Source of the DNA: an uncultured Planctomycetia bacterium
GTDB taxonomy: Bacteria; Omnitrophota; Gorgyraeia; JABMRG01; JAFGKX01
Length of the DNA stretch: 64,000 bases
Assembly (NCBI GenBank): GCA_964570585.1
Contig: CAZMYR010000002.1
Location: 7,313 to 71,312 of the forward strand
Direction: 5' to 3'
Shown here: positions 27,743-38,356 of the stretch, piece by piece
Layout of the letters: every line of letters starts with the position of its first letter
How positions within the stretch are numbered: the first letter of the stretch is position 1
The notes under the pieces: generated by a model
The model's database searches: none
What the model was told of the DNA's origin: nothing
What the model saw: only the letters and a program-made list of their open reading frames with translations
Program-made: the position numbers and the translations under genes

Positions 27743-28763
27743 TTTTCCATTTAATCAATTTAAATATTTCAGAATCTGCAATTTTCCTTTTTGGTTGGAT
27801 TTGCTTTCGTAGTGTCAGGGTTTTTTTAAAGTTTGCAATATTCCAAATTAAGGCTCTTGTTGGTATAAAAACATATTTAAATCTTGTGCAGAACCCAAGG
27901 TTTTTAACTAAAGGGACTAATCTAAAATTTTCTATTTTTCTGTTAAGTAAATATCCTATAGAGAAGTAAGTATAATTTATGAATAATAATGGAATAATTT
28001 TTATTAGTGTTTTTAACTCATAGTTTTTAATTACTGTGCAAAGTCCATTTCTTTTACAAAGATAAGTCTTTTGTAAAGCATATTTTTTCCAAGAAGCACC
28101 AAATTTATGATATACAATTGCTTTTTCTGCAAATATTATTTTATAGCCAAAAAGATTCGCTCTCCAGCCCCAATCTAAATCCTCATTGTAAGCAAAATAC
28201 CTGTCATCAAAAAGTCCAATCTCATTTAAGGATTCTGTTTTTAAAAGCATTGCTGCTCCACAAGCAAAGATTACTTTTTTAGGAAATCTCTTAATATCTT
28301 CTCTCCTTTTAAACATATTAATACCATAGCCGTCTCCTATTATTGTAGAAGTTGCGCCCTGGCTATTTATTATTTCTGGATTGTCATAAAATAGTATATT
28401 TGAAGCAACTGCAGCTATGTTTGATTCAGATTCAATTGCTTTAATTAAATATTTTAACCAATTTTTGTCAACTTTTGTATCATTATTAAGAAGAGCAATG
28501 TATTTTGGATTATAATTTTCTATACAGTATTTAACTCCGTTATTAATCGCATGAGCAAACCCATAATTTCTGTCAAGGCATAGTATGTCAATATCAAGTC
28601 CTGGCAAATCTTTTACATATTGAACACTTTTGTCTTTAGAGGCATTATCAATAAAAACCGTCTTAATCTCTTTGTAAGATTGTTTAGCCAAAGAGGTTAA
28701 ACAATCTTTTAAATGCTGTTGCCCATTAAAATTAGGGACTAAAATTGTTGTCTTGTATTTCAT
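27735..28763 (-). CDS. GT2-family glycosyltransferase
   Basis: TILVPNFNG...FIDNASKD...LNNDT. Confidence 0.75.
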   Translation of the reverse strand: MKYKTTILVPNFNGQQHLKDCLTSLAKQSYKEIKTVFIDNASKDKSVQYVKDLPGLDIDILCLDRNYGFAHAINNGVKYCIENYNPKYIALLNNDTKVDKNWLKYLIKAIESESNIAAVASNILFYDNPEIINSQGATSTIIGDGYGINMFKRREDIKRFPKKVIFACGAAMLLKTESLNEIGLFDDRYFAYNEDLDWGWRANLFGYKIIFAEKAIVYHKFGASWKKYALQKTYLCKRNGLCTVIKNYELKTLIKIIPLLFINYTYFSIGYLLNRKIENFRLVPLVKNLGFCTRFKYVFIPTRALIWNIANFKKTLTLRKQIQPKRKIADSEIFKLIKWKNV

Positions 28764-29821
28764 TTTTCAATCTGCTTTATAATTCTCTTGATAAAAACTT
28801 TTGTATCATATTTTTTCGCCTGTCTTATGCAGGCGTCTTTATATTTTTCAGGACCTTTGCCTATTTCCCTAATAGCTTGGATTAATTTTTCCTCATCAAT
28901 ATCATCAATCAGTTTTCCTGTGACGCCGTCAATAACAGTTTCTTTATAGCCTCCCTCATTTGGTGCAATTACCGGCTTCCCTGAAGCCATTGCCTCAACA
29001 GGGGCCATGCCAAAATCTTCATCTCTTGTAGTTGTTATAAAGCCTTTACAATTTGCGTATAAATCAGCTATTTTTTTTCTGTCGAATACTGGCCCTGCAA
29101 AAATTATATTTTTCGTAGAATTTCTTTTAAGGTTCTCAAAATAATCCTTAAATTCTTTAGAACTGTCTCCGACTATCATTAACTGTTCAGTTCGGATTTT
29201 ACGGAATGTTTTTATTATTAGTTCAATTCTCTTATAAGGGTCGATTCTACTAACAGATAACCAATAGTTTTTATTAGGGCCGTATTTAAATTCGCCTATA
29301 GCCACAGGATGATTTACAATATTGCAACTTCTCTTGTAATATTTCTTAATTCTTTCCTTTACGGTATAGCTTGGTGCAATAATCTTTTGAATATTTTTAA
29401 CCGCTTTTTTATCAAAATATATTTGTATTTCTTTAATCGGTTGTTTAATTATATTAAGTAAGCCTTTTTTAAAATGTCGTAAATCATACAATCCCCTTAA
29501 GGGACTAAAACAGTACCACAAATTTGGAGAATGATTCTTTGAAGCATAAATTGAGTAAGAACCTCCCAAAATATATAAGCCATAACCGGCAATTTTTATA
29601 AATGAAAATCTTAGTTGGGTTAAAATCTGTTTTAGGTATTTTATATTTAGCACAGACCCCACCGATTTAATTCTGATATCAGAAAAACCCATTTCCCGGA
29701 TTTTGTTCCTGTTAATATTTGTAGTGAAAATAGTTGCATTGAAGCCTCTGGCCATATACAGCAAAGTTATTTCTGCCCCTCCGATTTCGTCAAAGTAATC
29801 GTGAAAAATAGCAATTTTCAC
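28760..29821 (-). CDS. GT4-family glycosyltransferase
   Basis: C-terminal 100 aa are identical to the next gene (FGMAPVEAMASGKPVIAPNEGGYKETV). Confidence 0.75.
   Translation of the reverse strand: MKIAIFHDYFDEIGGAEITLLYMARGFNATIFTTNINRNKIREMGFSDIRIKSVGSVLNIKYLKQILTQLRFSFIKIAGYGLYILGGSYSIYASKNHSPNLWYCFSPLRGLYDLRHFKKGLLNIIKQPIKEIQIYFDKKAVKNIQKIIAPSYTVKERIKKYYKRSCNIVNHPVAIGEFKYGPNKNYWLSVSRIDPYKRIELIIKTFRKIRTEQLMIVGDSSKEFKDYFENLKRNSTKNIIFAGPVFDRKKIADLYANCKGFITTTRDEDFGMAPVEAMASGKPVIAPNEGGYKETVIDGVTGKLIDDIDEEKLIQAIREIGKGPEKYKDACIRQAKKYDTKVFIKRIIKQIEK
28763..29075. repeat. Segmental duplication (~310 bp) shared with 29821-30125
   Basis: Near-identical 3' coding ends of two adjacent GT4 genes. Confidence 0.75.
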
Positions 29822-30897
29822 CGAAGCTGTTCCTTTATTTTGTCAATAAAAACTTTTGTATCAAACTTTTTTGCTTGTCTTATGCAGGCGTCTTTATATT
29901 TTTCAGGACCTTTGCCTATTTCCCTAATAGCTTGGATTAATTTTTCCTCATCAATATCATCAATCAGTTTTCCTGTGACGCCGTCAATAACAGTTTCTTT
30001 ATAGCCTCCCTCATTTGGTGCAATTACCGGCTTCCCTGAAGCCATTGCCTCAACAGGGGCCATGCCAAAATCTTCATCTCTTGTAGTTGTTATAAAGCCT
30101 TTGCAGTTTGCATATAAATTAGTTAGTTGTTTATGCTCAATCCAGCTTATGATTTCTATATTTTTTGGTTTTATTAATTTAATGCGATTTGCATAGGCTT
30201 GGAAATGTTTAGATTTTTCATATGAACCTACAATAACAAGTTTTTCATTGGGTAATTTTTGGAAAGCTTTTATTTGGATATCGATTCTCTTGTGATAAAA
30301 AAGCCTATTAACAGAAAACCAATAGCCCCCTGTTTCTTTATAATAATATTTTGATGTTTCAACAGGAGGATTAATTACTACCGCCTCTTTTTTCAGATAT
30401 TTTTTGATTCTTTCTTTAGTATTCTCTGAATTGCAAATTATTTTATCAACATGCCTAACATATTTTTTATTAAGATAGCGATTATATCCAACCCAGATAT
30501 CGAAAATCCAGCGCAGGGGAAAGGGAACAATATTTTGTCTCGTATATCTGTACAAATCCCAGATTTCTCTTATCGGTGAATGGGCATACCATAAATTGGG
30601 CTTATTATTGACTGCGCCAGACATTGCCCAATCACCATCAATAATATAAAAATCATACATTATTCCCAGATTAAGTTTTCTGAATTTCCTCAAAGTTTCT
30701 TGATGCCTAAAGGGCGCGTTTATCGGTATTTTCCCGATTGATTTTAGTTTTATATCAGGAAAGCCCATTTTTCTGATTTTATCTTCATCTATGTTTGTAG
30801 TATAGAAATCCGCATTTAATTCTCTTGCCAATGTCAAGCCAACTATCTCCGCTCCTCCAATATTGTCCATGAAATTATGAAATACTGCTATTTTCAT
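29818..30897 (-). CDS. GT4-family glycosyltransferase (paralog with divergent N-terminal acceptor domain)
   Basis: See above. Confidence 0.75.
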   Translation of the reverse strand: MKIAVFHNFMDNIGGAEIVGLTLARELNADFYTTNIDEDKIRKMGFPDIKLKSIGKIPINAPFRHQETLRKFRKLNLGIMYDFYIIDGDWAMSGAVNNKPNLWYAHSPIREIWDLYRYTRQNIVPFPLRWIFDIWVGYNRYLNKKYVRHVDKIICNSENTKERIKKYLKKEAVVINPPVETSKYYYKETGGYWFSVNRLFYHKRIDIQIKAFQKLPNEKLVIVGSYEKSKHFQAYANRIKLIKPKNIEIISWIEHKQLTNLYANCKGFITTTRDEDFGMAPVEAMASGKPVIAPNEGGYKETVIDGVTGKLIDDIDEEKLIQAIREIGKGPEKYKDACIRQAKKFDTKVFIDKIKEQLR

Positions 30898-30906
30898 TTT
30901 TTGTTC

Positions 30907-32043
30907 TTATTTTGCTTTGATTCCTAATATGCTTAGCATAAAAGAGGAGAATATTGTTTGGATTCCTATGATGATTAAAGTTAAGGCAAGGATTGAATTT
31001 TTAATTTCATTTAATGCTACAAAACCTGTATTTATCCATTTGAGAAACAGTATCCCATAAATAATTATTCCTGATAATACAATTAATATTCCAAAAATGC
31101 TCGCTTTTTCTATCGTTATATAGTTATAAAGTTTATCAAATATTGGTTTATCACCTAAATAATTTATTGAATAGGTTTTTGCAAACAGAGAGAAAATGAT
31201 TAACTGGTAACCTATTATAATCAGTAACGAAGATAAAAACATTGGATGATAAAATAATTTTATCCCCAGAATGCTTGGAGAGCCAAAATACAGCCAAAAC
31301 ATTGAAATTAAACCTATCCAAAAAAGTAAAAACCCTGGAATGAAGAATAAAAATAACGGACTATGCAGTAACATAAATCTTAAATGTCGCCAGCCGTCTG
31401 CAAAGGATTTTAGTTTTGATTCACCTTTTCTTTTATAATAGTTGATTGGCAGTTCTTTTATTTTTAGTTTCTTCTTTATAGCCATAATAACCATTTCGGA
31501 GGCGAATTCCATTCCCGTTGTTCTCAAGTTAAGTTTTTTTAATGCTTTATTAGTTATGGCCCTCATGCCGCAGTGGGCATCATGTATTTTTGCTTTAAAA
31601 AATAATCTTAAAATTCCCGAAAGTATCGGATTTCCTACATATTTGTGAGGCCAGGACATCGCCCCTTTTTCTATTTTTCCCTTAAATCTATTTCCAATAA
31701 TAAAATCAGAGCCTTTTTTAAGCTGACCAATAAATCCTGGAATTTCATTAAAATCGTAACTTCCATCAGAATCAGCAAGAAAGAGGTATTTTCCTTTAGC
31801 AGTCTGGAAACCTTTTAAACATGCAGAGCCGTAACCTCTTTCTTTTTCATGAACAAGTTCAACTTGCATATCTTTCGCAATTTTGCAACTGTTATCGATA
31901 GAGCCATTGTCTATAACTATTATCTCTGCGGTGAGATTATTTTCTTCAATAACTTTTTTTATTTTCTCAAGACAGGCACCAAGAGCTCGCTCTTCATTTA
32001 AGCAGGGAAGAATTACGCTCAATTCTGGATTTTTATCAACCAT
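30907..32043 (-). CDS. GT2 polyprenyl-phosphate sugar synthase-like (GtrB/ArnC/DPM1-type) with C-terminal TM helices
   Basis: LSVILPCLNEE...IIVIDNGSIDNS. 4 C-terminal TMs. Confidence 0.7.
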   Translation of the reverse strand: MVDKNPELSVILPCLNEERALGACLEKIKKVIEENNLTAEIIVIDNGSIDNSCKIAKDMQVELVHEKERGYGSACLKGFQTAKGKYLFLADSDGSYDFNEIPGFIGQLKKGSDFIIGNRFKGKIEKGAMSWPHKYVGNPILSGILRLFFKAKIHDAHCGMRAITNKALKKLNLRTTGMEFASEMVIMAIKKKLKIKELPINYYKRKGESKLKSFADGWRHLRFMLLHSPLFLFFIPGFLLFWIGLISMFWLYFGSPSILGIKLFYHPMFLSSLLIIIGYQLIIFSLFAKTYSINYLGDKPIFDKLYNYITIEKASIFGILIVLSGIIIYGILFLKWINTGFVALNEIKNSILALTLIIIGIQTIFSSFMLSILGIKAK

Positions 32044-32099
32044 TTTAGTGTTTAAAGATAAGCAACAGGCGTTTCAATATTTTTAAATCCCTTTCATGT

Positions 32100-32680
32100 A
32101 TTTAATAAATACCTCTTTTCTAATTCTATATCTATCATAAAGATATCTACTTTTATAGGGTTCAGGGGGCCGGTAAGGAACACGGGCACCTTGGTAATGA
32201 AAATATACAAAGAAGGGTTTATCTTTATTCTCTTTAATCCAATCTATTGTCTTAAGGGTTAATCAATGAACCTTTATTTTAGGCCAACCTTTTATATAGA
32301 CTAAATCAAAACCATCTCTAATATCTACCATATCAATGCCGCCGTGATTAGTGAACAGAGCAGACCTGAAACTTTTTTGTTTCAAGAGTTGAGGTAATGT
32401 TTTTATGGATGGGTTTAGAGACATATTCCATCCTTTAACCGGGCTAATCTTCATATTAGTTTTTCCTTCCACCTAACAAAACCTTTTTTCTTAAAATCAT
32501 ATAAATCCAGAAATATATAATATAAAAGAATGTATAAAAAGAAACCATGATTAAAATTAGCCACTTAGATATGCTTCTTTTTCTACTGCAATTTTGTTGA
32601 AGATATTCTTGCGCATTATTCAAAGTAAATTCCAAAAGTTCCGCTTCCTCTTTTCTTTCTAATATCATGGGTGTTTTCAT
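32100..32680 (-). pseudogene. Possible degraded gene: only short overlapping-frame ORFs in an otherwise tightly packed operon
   Basis: 32263..32472 and 32456..32680 ORFs lie in different frames. A further ~55-aa reading (..KPFFVYFHYQGARVPY..) sits at 32100-32262. Confidence 0.2.
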
Positions 32681-32763
32681 CTTTTCTAAGCAAATTTGCT
32701 CTTTGCCCTGTTATAGATATCGAAGCGCCTCCTAAAATTATCACTTTCCCTGGGTCTTCTGTC

Positions 32764-33792
32764 TTAATCCTTCTGGCGATTTCCTCTCCTTAATTGTTTT
32801 TCGATAAATATCTTATATCTATAATCTCCCATTAAATCGAAAACGTCCTTGTCTGAAATTTGTCTTATGGATTGTATGCTGGCTCTCTTTTTCAATGTTT
32901 CATGAATATGTAATGCATTCCATAGCCATGCTGCCAGAAAAGATAAATAATACTGAAACTTCATCTTTTTAATGCCTTTGATATTATAAATTATCCTATT
33001 TATTCTTTGTTTTAAAAGTTTGGGCAATACTCTTATTAATGTCCTGGTCTCGTAGTTTTTTAACAATGTCAAAATTCTGTTTCTCTCTGTGAAAAATCGT
33101 ACTACCAAAGAATCTCTCTTCATGGTGACTCCGAATTTATGATAAACTACTGACTCAGGCACATATACTGCCTTAAAACCTATCAGGTTCGCTCTCCAGG
33201 CATAATCTAAATCCTCGTAAAGGTAGAAGTAATCTTTATCAAAGCATCCGATTCTTTCTATTATCTCTTTTTTAGTCAGCATCGCTGCTGAACAGCCGAA
33301 AAAGATATTTTTCTTGTTGTCATATTGATATCTATCTTCTTCAAAGACACCCCGTCCCCACCCATCGCCGTATATATTGACTGCACCGCCTGCACTATTT
33401 ATCTGTTTTTTGTTATGGAGAAAAAGGACTTTAGGAGAACATATAGCAATGTTACCGTTGCTGCTCATAGTATCCACCAGGGGCCTTAACCAGTTCGCTT
33501 CGACCTCTACATCGTTATCTAAAAAGGCTATCAGGCCGCCTTTAGCAATCTTTATACCAATATTTCTGGATTCTGCCGGGCCTAAAGTCTTTTTATTTCG
33601 AATTATCTTCACGGAAGGAAATTTATGTTTTATGAAATCTACAGAATCATCAGAGGATGCATCATCTACCAATATAATCTCCAGTTTCTGTTTAGGGTAG
33701 TCAATATCCATTAGAGACAAAAGGCATCGAGCTAAGTATTGCCTGCTGTTAAGACTGGCTATTATAATAGATACAAATGGCAAATCTTTCAT
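32764..33792 (-). CDS. GT2-family glycosyltransferase
   Basis: VSIIIASLN...ILVDDASSDDS...FLDNDVE. Confidence 0.75.
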   Translation of the reverse strand: MKDLPFVSIIIASLNSRQYLARCLLSLMDIDYPKQKLEIILVDDASSDDSVDFIKHKFPSVKIIRNKKTLGPAESRNIGIKIAKGGLIAFLDNDVEVEANWLRPLVDTMSSNGNIAICSPKVLFLHNKKQINSAGGAVNIYGDGWGRGVFEEDRYQYDNKKNIFFGCSAAMLTKKEIIERIGCFDKDYFYLYEDLDYAWRANLIGFKAVYVPESVVYHKFGVTMKRDSLVVRFFTERNRILTLLKNYETRTLIRVLPKLLKQRINRIIYNIKGIKKMKFQYYLSFLAAWLWNALHIHETLKKRASIQSIRQISDKDVFDLMGDYRYKIFIEKQLRRGNRQKD

Positions 33793-34616
33793 AAGCTGTC
33801 CTTAAGTAATTTCTTAAAATCAAAATAAGCAGAACATGGAAAAGTCAATATGCCAATAAAGATAAATTCAAATCTTCTGCTTTTAATATCCTCTAATATC
33901 AATTTTAAACAATTGATGAAGTTAAATATCAGGCGCGATATATATTTAGGTTTGTAATCATAAAATTGCCAGCTCCAGTAAGTTTTTAAAACGGAGCCTA
34001 TTGTGTCTTTTTTAATGTGTCTTGCTACGGCATCGGGGTTATAAATCAAATCAAAATCTTTTTTCTTTAATCTCAAGGAGAGATCCACATCTTCATAATT
34101 TTTCCTAAACTTTTCGGCATTGTAAAGCCCGACTTTCGCAAATATCTCTTTTCTTATAGCTATGTTACTCCCAACCAAAAAGATAGGATTAACCTTTCGT
34201 TTGTCCCCCCAATGTTGCTTTAAATGAGCTGCCCTCCATCGGTATTCAATTTTTTCATTGTTTTCATCCAGCAATCTTCCTCCTACAGCTGCTATATTTG
34301 GCTTAAGAAAATCCTCCATACACCTTTGAAGCCATGCCGGTTCAATCAGACAGTCCGCATCTATTGCGGCTATAAAATCACCTTTTGCTTCCATAACAGC
34401 GGTATTTCTTGCAGCCGCAATGCCTCTGTTATATCTATGTCTTATTAATTTAACAGGGAACTTAGAAACAATCTCAGCGGTCTTATCCGCTGAACCATCA
34501 TCTACTACTATTACTTCTTCTATCGGATAAATCTGCTCCAATACCTTCTCAATGCATCTTTCAAGATATATTGCGCTGTTATAAGATGGAATATACAGGG
34601 AAACTCTTCCTACCAT
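33789..34616 (-). CDS. GT2-family glycosyltransferase
   Basis: SLYIPSYNSA...VVDDGSADKT...AIDADC. Confidence 0.75.
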   Translation of the reverse strand: MVGRVSLYIPSYNSAIYLERCIEKVLEQIYPIEEVIVVDDGSADKTAEIVSKFPVKLIRHRYNRGIAAARNTAVMEAKGDFIAAIDADCLIEPAWLQRCMEDFLKPNIAAVGGRLLDENNEKIEYRWRAAHLKQHWGDKRKVNPIFLVGSNIAIRKEIFAKVGLYNAEKFRKNYEDVDLSLRLKKKDFDLIYNPDAVARHIKKDTIGSVLKTYWSWQFYDYKPKYISRLIFNFINCLKLILEDIKSRRFEFIFIGILTFPCSAYFDFKKLLKDSL

Positions 34617-34759
34617 TATATGTCTTCGGTTTTAATCGTTCCTGAAAAATATTGTATGCTAAAAATAGTTGAAATTCAATAAATAGGCAAGGCTCCTCAA
34701 AATATGGTATACTATAACAAAAACCAAGGGAAAAACAAAGAGATATTTGCTTTTTATCC

Positions 34760-36616
34760 CTAAAAAGATAGTTCTTGCATGTAAGTCTCATGCCAGAGTT
34801 GAAACATTACCAAGGCCCAAATTTTCTTATGATTATCTCTTATTCCCTTATTATGTTCGTGCAGGAGTTGGCGTATATAAGAATAATCAAAAAGACCTAT
34901 TTTATTTATTTTTTCTTTGCTAAGTATCTCTTGAACGAAGTTATTTAATCCCTCTTTAATCCACTGCCTTAAGGGAAGGCCAAAACCCTGTTTTTTCTTA
35001 TTAATAATCTCCTTGGGCAAGATGTCCACTGCTACCCTCCTTAATAAATACTTAGTAGTAAATCCATTCAATTTATAAGAGGTTGGCAAACTGAACATAA
35101 ATTCCGCTAACCGATGATTTAAATAAGGCAATCTTATTTGGAGAGAATTTGCTTTAGTTAACTGCTCCAGTTTTACCAATAAATCATCAGCTAAATATGT
35201 CTTGATATCTAAATACTGTAAGCTCCTTATAAAATCATTATTATGCCAAATATTACCCAATTCCTCTGCTTCTTCAAAAATATTAGTTTTACTTAATATT
35301 TCTCTAAGCCAAGGCTGATATAATTTTAATCTTTCTCCAGGATTAAACGCACCCAACCAGATTATATCGCGCATATAAGTAGAAAAGGGAATTCCTTCAA
35401 TAAATTTCTTGGCTCGATAAGCTAATCCATAGTAGCCTTGAGGAACAGGCAACTTGTGAATTATCCTTTCTAATATATCCCTCCTTATTGGCAGAGGAAC
35501 CAATTTATATATAGGAACCAGCTTATGGGCACAAAGAGTAGGATAACCTAACCCCAACTCATCTGCCCCCTCTCCTCCAATGGCTACTTTAGCATATTTG
35601 CGAGTAAGTTTCGAAAGAAAATAGGTAGGGAAAACCGAAGGGTCAGCCAGGGGTTCATCCAAGGCCTTTCTTACCTCGGGTAGAATACTTAACAAATCCT
35701 TAAAAGAAAAGATTTCTTTATGGTGCTGGGTATCGAAGAGATTAGAAGCTTTTTCAGAAAAGCGCGATTCATCATAATAATTTTCACGAAAGCCAATGGA
35801 AAATGTTTTTATTCTATCTTTGGTAATTTCTTTTAAATAGGCCACCATTAAACTGGAATCTAAGCCGCCACTTAAAAAAACCCCAAAAGGGCCACTCTCC
35901 TTAATATAACTGCGTAAGGAATCTTTAAATATGCCCTTAAATCTATCCACACTATCTTTAAACTTTAATCTATTTATGTTAAAATCAACACTCAGATCCC
36001 AGTATTTCCTGAGTTCAGTTTTATTTTTCTTAAATAAAATCATATACCCGGGAGAAAGCCTGCTTATAGAATCAATAATCGACTCCGTCCCCATTATATA
36101 TCCAGAAATCAGATACCTATCTAAGGAAAGAAAATTTACCCTGGGAGAGATATTTGAGATTTTAAGCAAGGTTTTAAGTTGAGAAGAAAACAATAATCTC
36201 CCCCTCGATTGCGTATAATATAAACGCTTAAACCCCATTCTATCCCGTCCCAACAAGCCCAATTTATTTCTCTTATCCCAAATGCCCAAAGAAAACACCC
36301 CTTCTAAATGTTGCAAACAATCCAAACCGTATTCCTCATAGAGATGAACAATAATCTCTGGACAGGTCCTGTTTGAGAAGATATGCCCTCTTGTTTCTAA
36401 CTCGGAGACTAACTCCGAAGTATTGTAAATCTCTCCCTCAAACACAACATAAATTCCTTTATTTTCATCGCTCATAGAATTAAGTTCTGGCTGATCTGTC
36501 CCCAGTAGACAATTATCCTTGATTATCACACCCCCTTCCCCGGAATCTAATTGATAAGGCCTCACATCAATTACCTCATCTATATTGTTTCCCATTACTC
36601 CCCATATTGCCGACAC
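34760..36616 (-). CDS. Asparagine synthetase B-family amidotransferase with Cys-to-Ser substitution at the Ntn nucleophile position
   Basis: SGGLDSS PP-loop. N-terminus reads (GTG)SAIWGVMG against the canonical MCGIWG. Confidence 0.75.
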   Translation of the reverse strand: MSAIWGVMGNNIDEVIDVRPYQLDSGEGGVIIKDNCLLGTDQPELNSMSDENKGIYVVFEGEIYNTSELVSELETRGHIFSNRTCPEIIVHLYEEYGLDCLQHLEGVFSLGIWDKRNKLGLLGRDRMGFKRLYYTQSRGRLLFSSQLKTLLKISNISPRVNFLSLDRYLISGYIMGTESIIDSISRLSPGYMILFKKNKTELRKYWDLSVDFNINRLKFKDSVDRFKGIFKDSLRSYIKESGPFGVFLSGGLDSSLMVAYLKEITKDRIKTFSIGFRENYYDESRFSEKASNLFDTQHHKEIFSFKDLLSILPEVRKALDEPLADPSVFPTYFLSKLTRKYAKVAIGGEGADELGLGYPTLCAHKLVPIYKLVPLPIRRDILERIIHKLPVPQGYYGLAYRAKKFIEGIPFSTYMRDIIWLGAFNPGERLKLYQPWLREILSKTNIFEEAEELGNIWHNNDFIRSLQYLDIKTYLADDLLVKLEQLTKANSLQIRLPYLNHRLAEFMFSLPTSYKLNGFTTKYLLRRVAVDILPKEIINKKKQGFGLPLRQWIKEGLNNFVQEILSKEKINKIGLFDYSYIRQLLHEHNKGIRDNHKKIWALVMFQLWHETYMQELSF

Positions 36617-36619
36617 TCT

Positions 36620-38356
36620 TTACTCCTTTTCTCTTTTATAAATATAGTAAACAACATTATCTTCATCTTCTTCTCTACCTTCTCTGACTACTCTGCCAGC
36701 CAAATAAAAATCTGAACGGGCCTCTTTTAGTTTTCTTAATAATAGAGACATCTGCTGTCTGTATTTATTTGAAAGATAAAGATTTCTTAACTTTCCACCG
36801 TGGATTTCCTTGAATAATTCTATAAATTTTTCTCCCCCTGGCCACCTTACAGAACTATTCCTGGGCACTTGTAATAGAATAAAATCTATAGAATCAAAAT
36901 CTCTAAGAAAATATTCGTGCGTCTCAGTTAAACTAAATGGCCTCAGATTATTGTTTTTTAACCTTAGCCAATATAACATCTCCAATGTACTTGGTCTATT
37001 TCCGCAATTAATGAAACCTATCCCAATAGGGTGAGCTAAATGAGCATGAGAATTTATAATTTTAACAACTTCTTCTACTTTGAAATCCCGATAATGAGGC
37101 ACAGCTCCATAATGTGTGCCTCCGAATATTTTTATAGGGCCCAAAGAAAAATTTCGATAGTTCCAATCACAATAGGAAAGGACGCAAAACTGAGTTAAGG
37201 AAAAGGCTGCTATTATAGAAAAAAAAGGAATTTTTACCCACCTCTTTCTTATATTGCCCAGACCAAAGGCAGTGAACAGAGCTATAACTGGCAAAATAGG
37301 CATAAGAAAGCGGGGATGCTTTACCGTAAATATTAAGCTAAACAGAAGAAAAGGAACTATTAGCCAGAGTAAATACAGCCACTTAAATCTTACTTTACGC
37401 CTTAAAAAAGCAATTAAAGAAAACAAAAATGGAATAAAAAGAAATATCCCTAAAGAAGAATCGGTTAATCTCCTCAGATGCCAAGTCAAACTGCCTAAAG
37501 AATATTTCTTCCCCCCTTCCAGTATGGGATCTAATCTCTCTGGGCTACAAAAAATATGCCCCATAAGATAAGCTATTGTTTTTAGAATCTTATTTCCCCA
37601 CCATATAGAGCCAATTAATCCAGCAACAACTACAAAGATAGCTATATTCTGCAACTGTTTTGAACCTAAAGAAAATTTCTTATTTAGCCTTTTTGAATCT
37701 CCAAAAGCTCTGTAGATTACCCACAGAACTGGCCAGGTAATAAATAATACCATTTGTCCCTTAATTAACATCCCCCATCCCAAAGATAGCCCTAAAAACA
37801 GGCTGTATTTAGTGTTTTTGAAATAGTTACATTTCAATAAAAATAAAATCGACAGGGTAACCATTGCGGTTAAGGGGAAATCTAAACCAAATTGTCGAGA
37901 ACTCTCAAATATAAGAGGATACATAAATAATATAAAAGCCGCCATAAGGCCTATAGCTCTTGAGTGCAACTCTTTGCCGATAAAGTAAATAGCTATAAGC
38001 AAGATTACAAGATAAGGAAATATAGCCAGTTTAGCAGATAACAAGGATTTTCCTAAAAGAAGGTAAGATGCAGCTGCGGTTAGGTTTAACCCATTAGGCC
38101 AGTAGAGTACACTACTAAACTGAACCGGGTTACCTATTAGTCTAAATACCTTTATTATCTTTGCCAAAAAAGTTTCATTACTAACAAAAATAATATTGGA
38201 AAAGTCATAGAAAAAGTTTATAGAGTAAAGTAGATGATTTTGAGAATCTACCCCATTTATAGAATTGTCTTCCATAGCCCACATATAATTGACCATTACA
38301 GTAGCTGTTATAAACAAAACCATTATAAAGGAAGTGATATTTAAAGATTTGTTCAT
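36620..38356 (-). CDS. GT-C superfamily membrane glycosyltransferase, tandem paralog 1
   Basis: 578 aa, multi-TM. ~85% identical to the next gene. Confidence 0.55.
   Translation of the reverse strand: MNKSLNITSFIMVLFITATVMVNYMWAMEDNSINGVDSQNHLLYSINFFYDFSNIIFVSNETFLAKIIKVFRLIGNPVQFSSVLYWPNGLNLTAAASYLLLGKSLLSAKLAIFPYLVILLIAIYFIGKELHSRAIGLMAAFILFMYPLIFESSRQFGLDFPLTAMVTLSILFLLKCNYFKNTKYSLFLGLSLGWGMLIKGQMVLFITWPVLWVIYRAFGDSKRLNKKFSLGSKQLQNIAIFVVVAGLIGSIWWGNKILKTIAYLMGHIFCSPERLDPILEGGKKYSLGSLTWHLRRLTDSSLGIFLFIPFLFSLIAFLRRKVRFKWLYLLWLIVPFLLFSLIFTVKHPRFLMPILPVIALFTAFGLGNIRKRWVKIPFFSIIAAFSLTQFCVLSYCDWNYRNFSLGPIKIFGGTHYGAVPHYRDFKVEEVVKIINSHAHLAHPIGIGFINCGNRPSTLEMLYWLRLKNNNLRPFSLTETHEYFLRDFDSIDFILLQVPRNSSVRWPGGEKFIELFKEIHGGKLRNLYLSNKYRQQMSLLLRKLKEARSDFYLAGRVVREGREEDEDNVVYYIYKREKE

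Noticed and set aside
32263-32680. Two small ORFs (69 and 74 aa) as genuine small membrane proteins
   Set aside because: They are in different frames, overlap by 17 nt, and sit in the only coding gap of the operon. A degraded gene is more likely, though I cannot exclude real small proteins.
34620-34760. Sigma70-like promoter (TTGTTT-16-TATAGT) upstream of the GT2 gene at 34616
   Set aside because: Such matches are expected by chance in this AT-rich DNA, and the gene is probably co-transcribed with the upstream asnB-like gene. Evidence is too weak to list as a feature.
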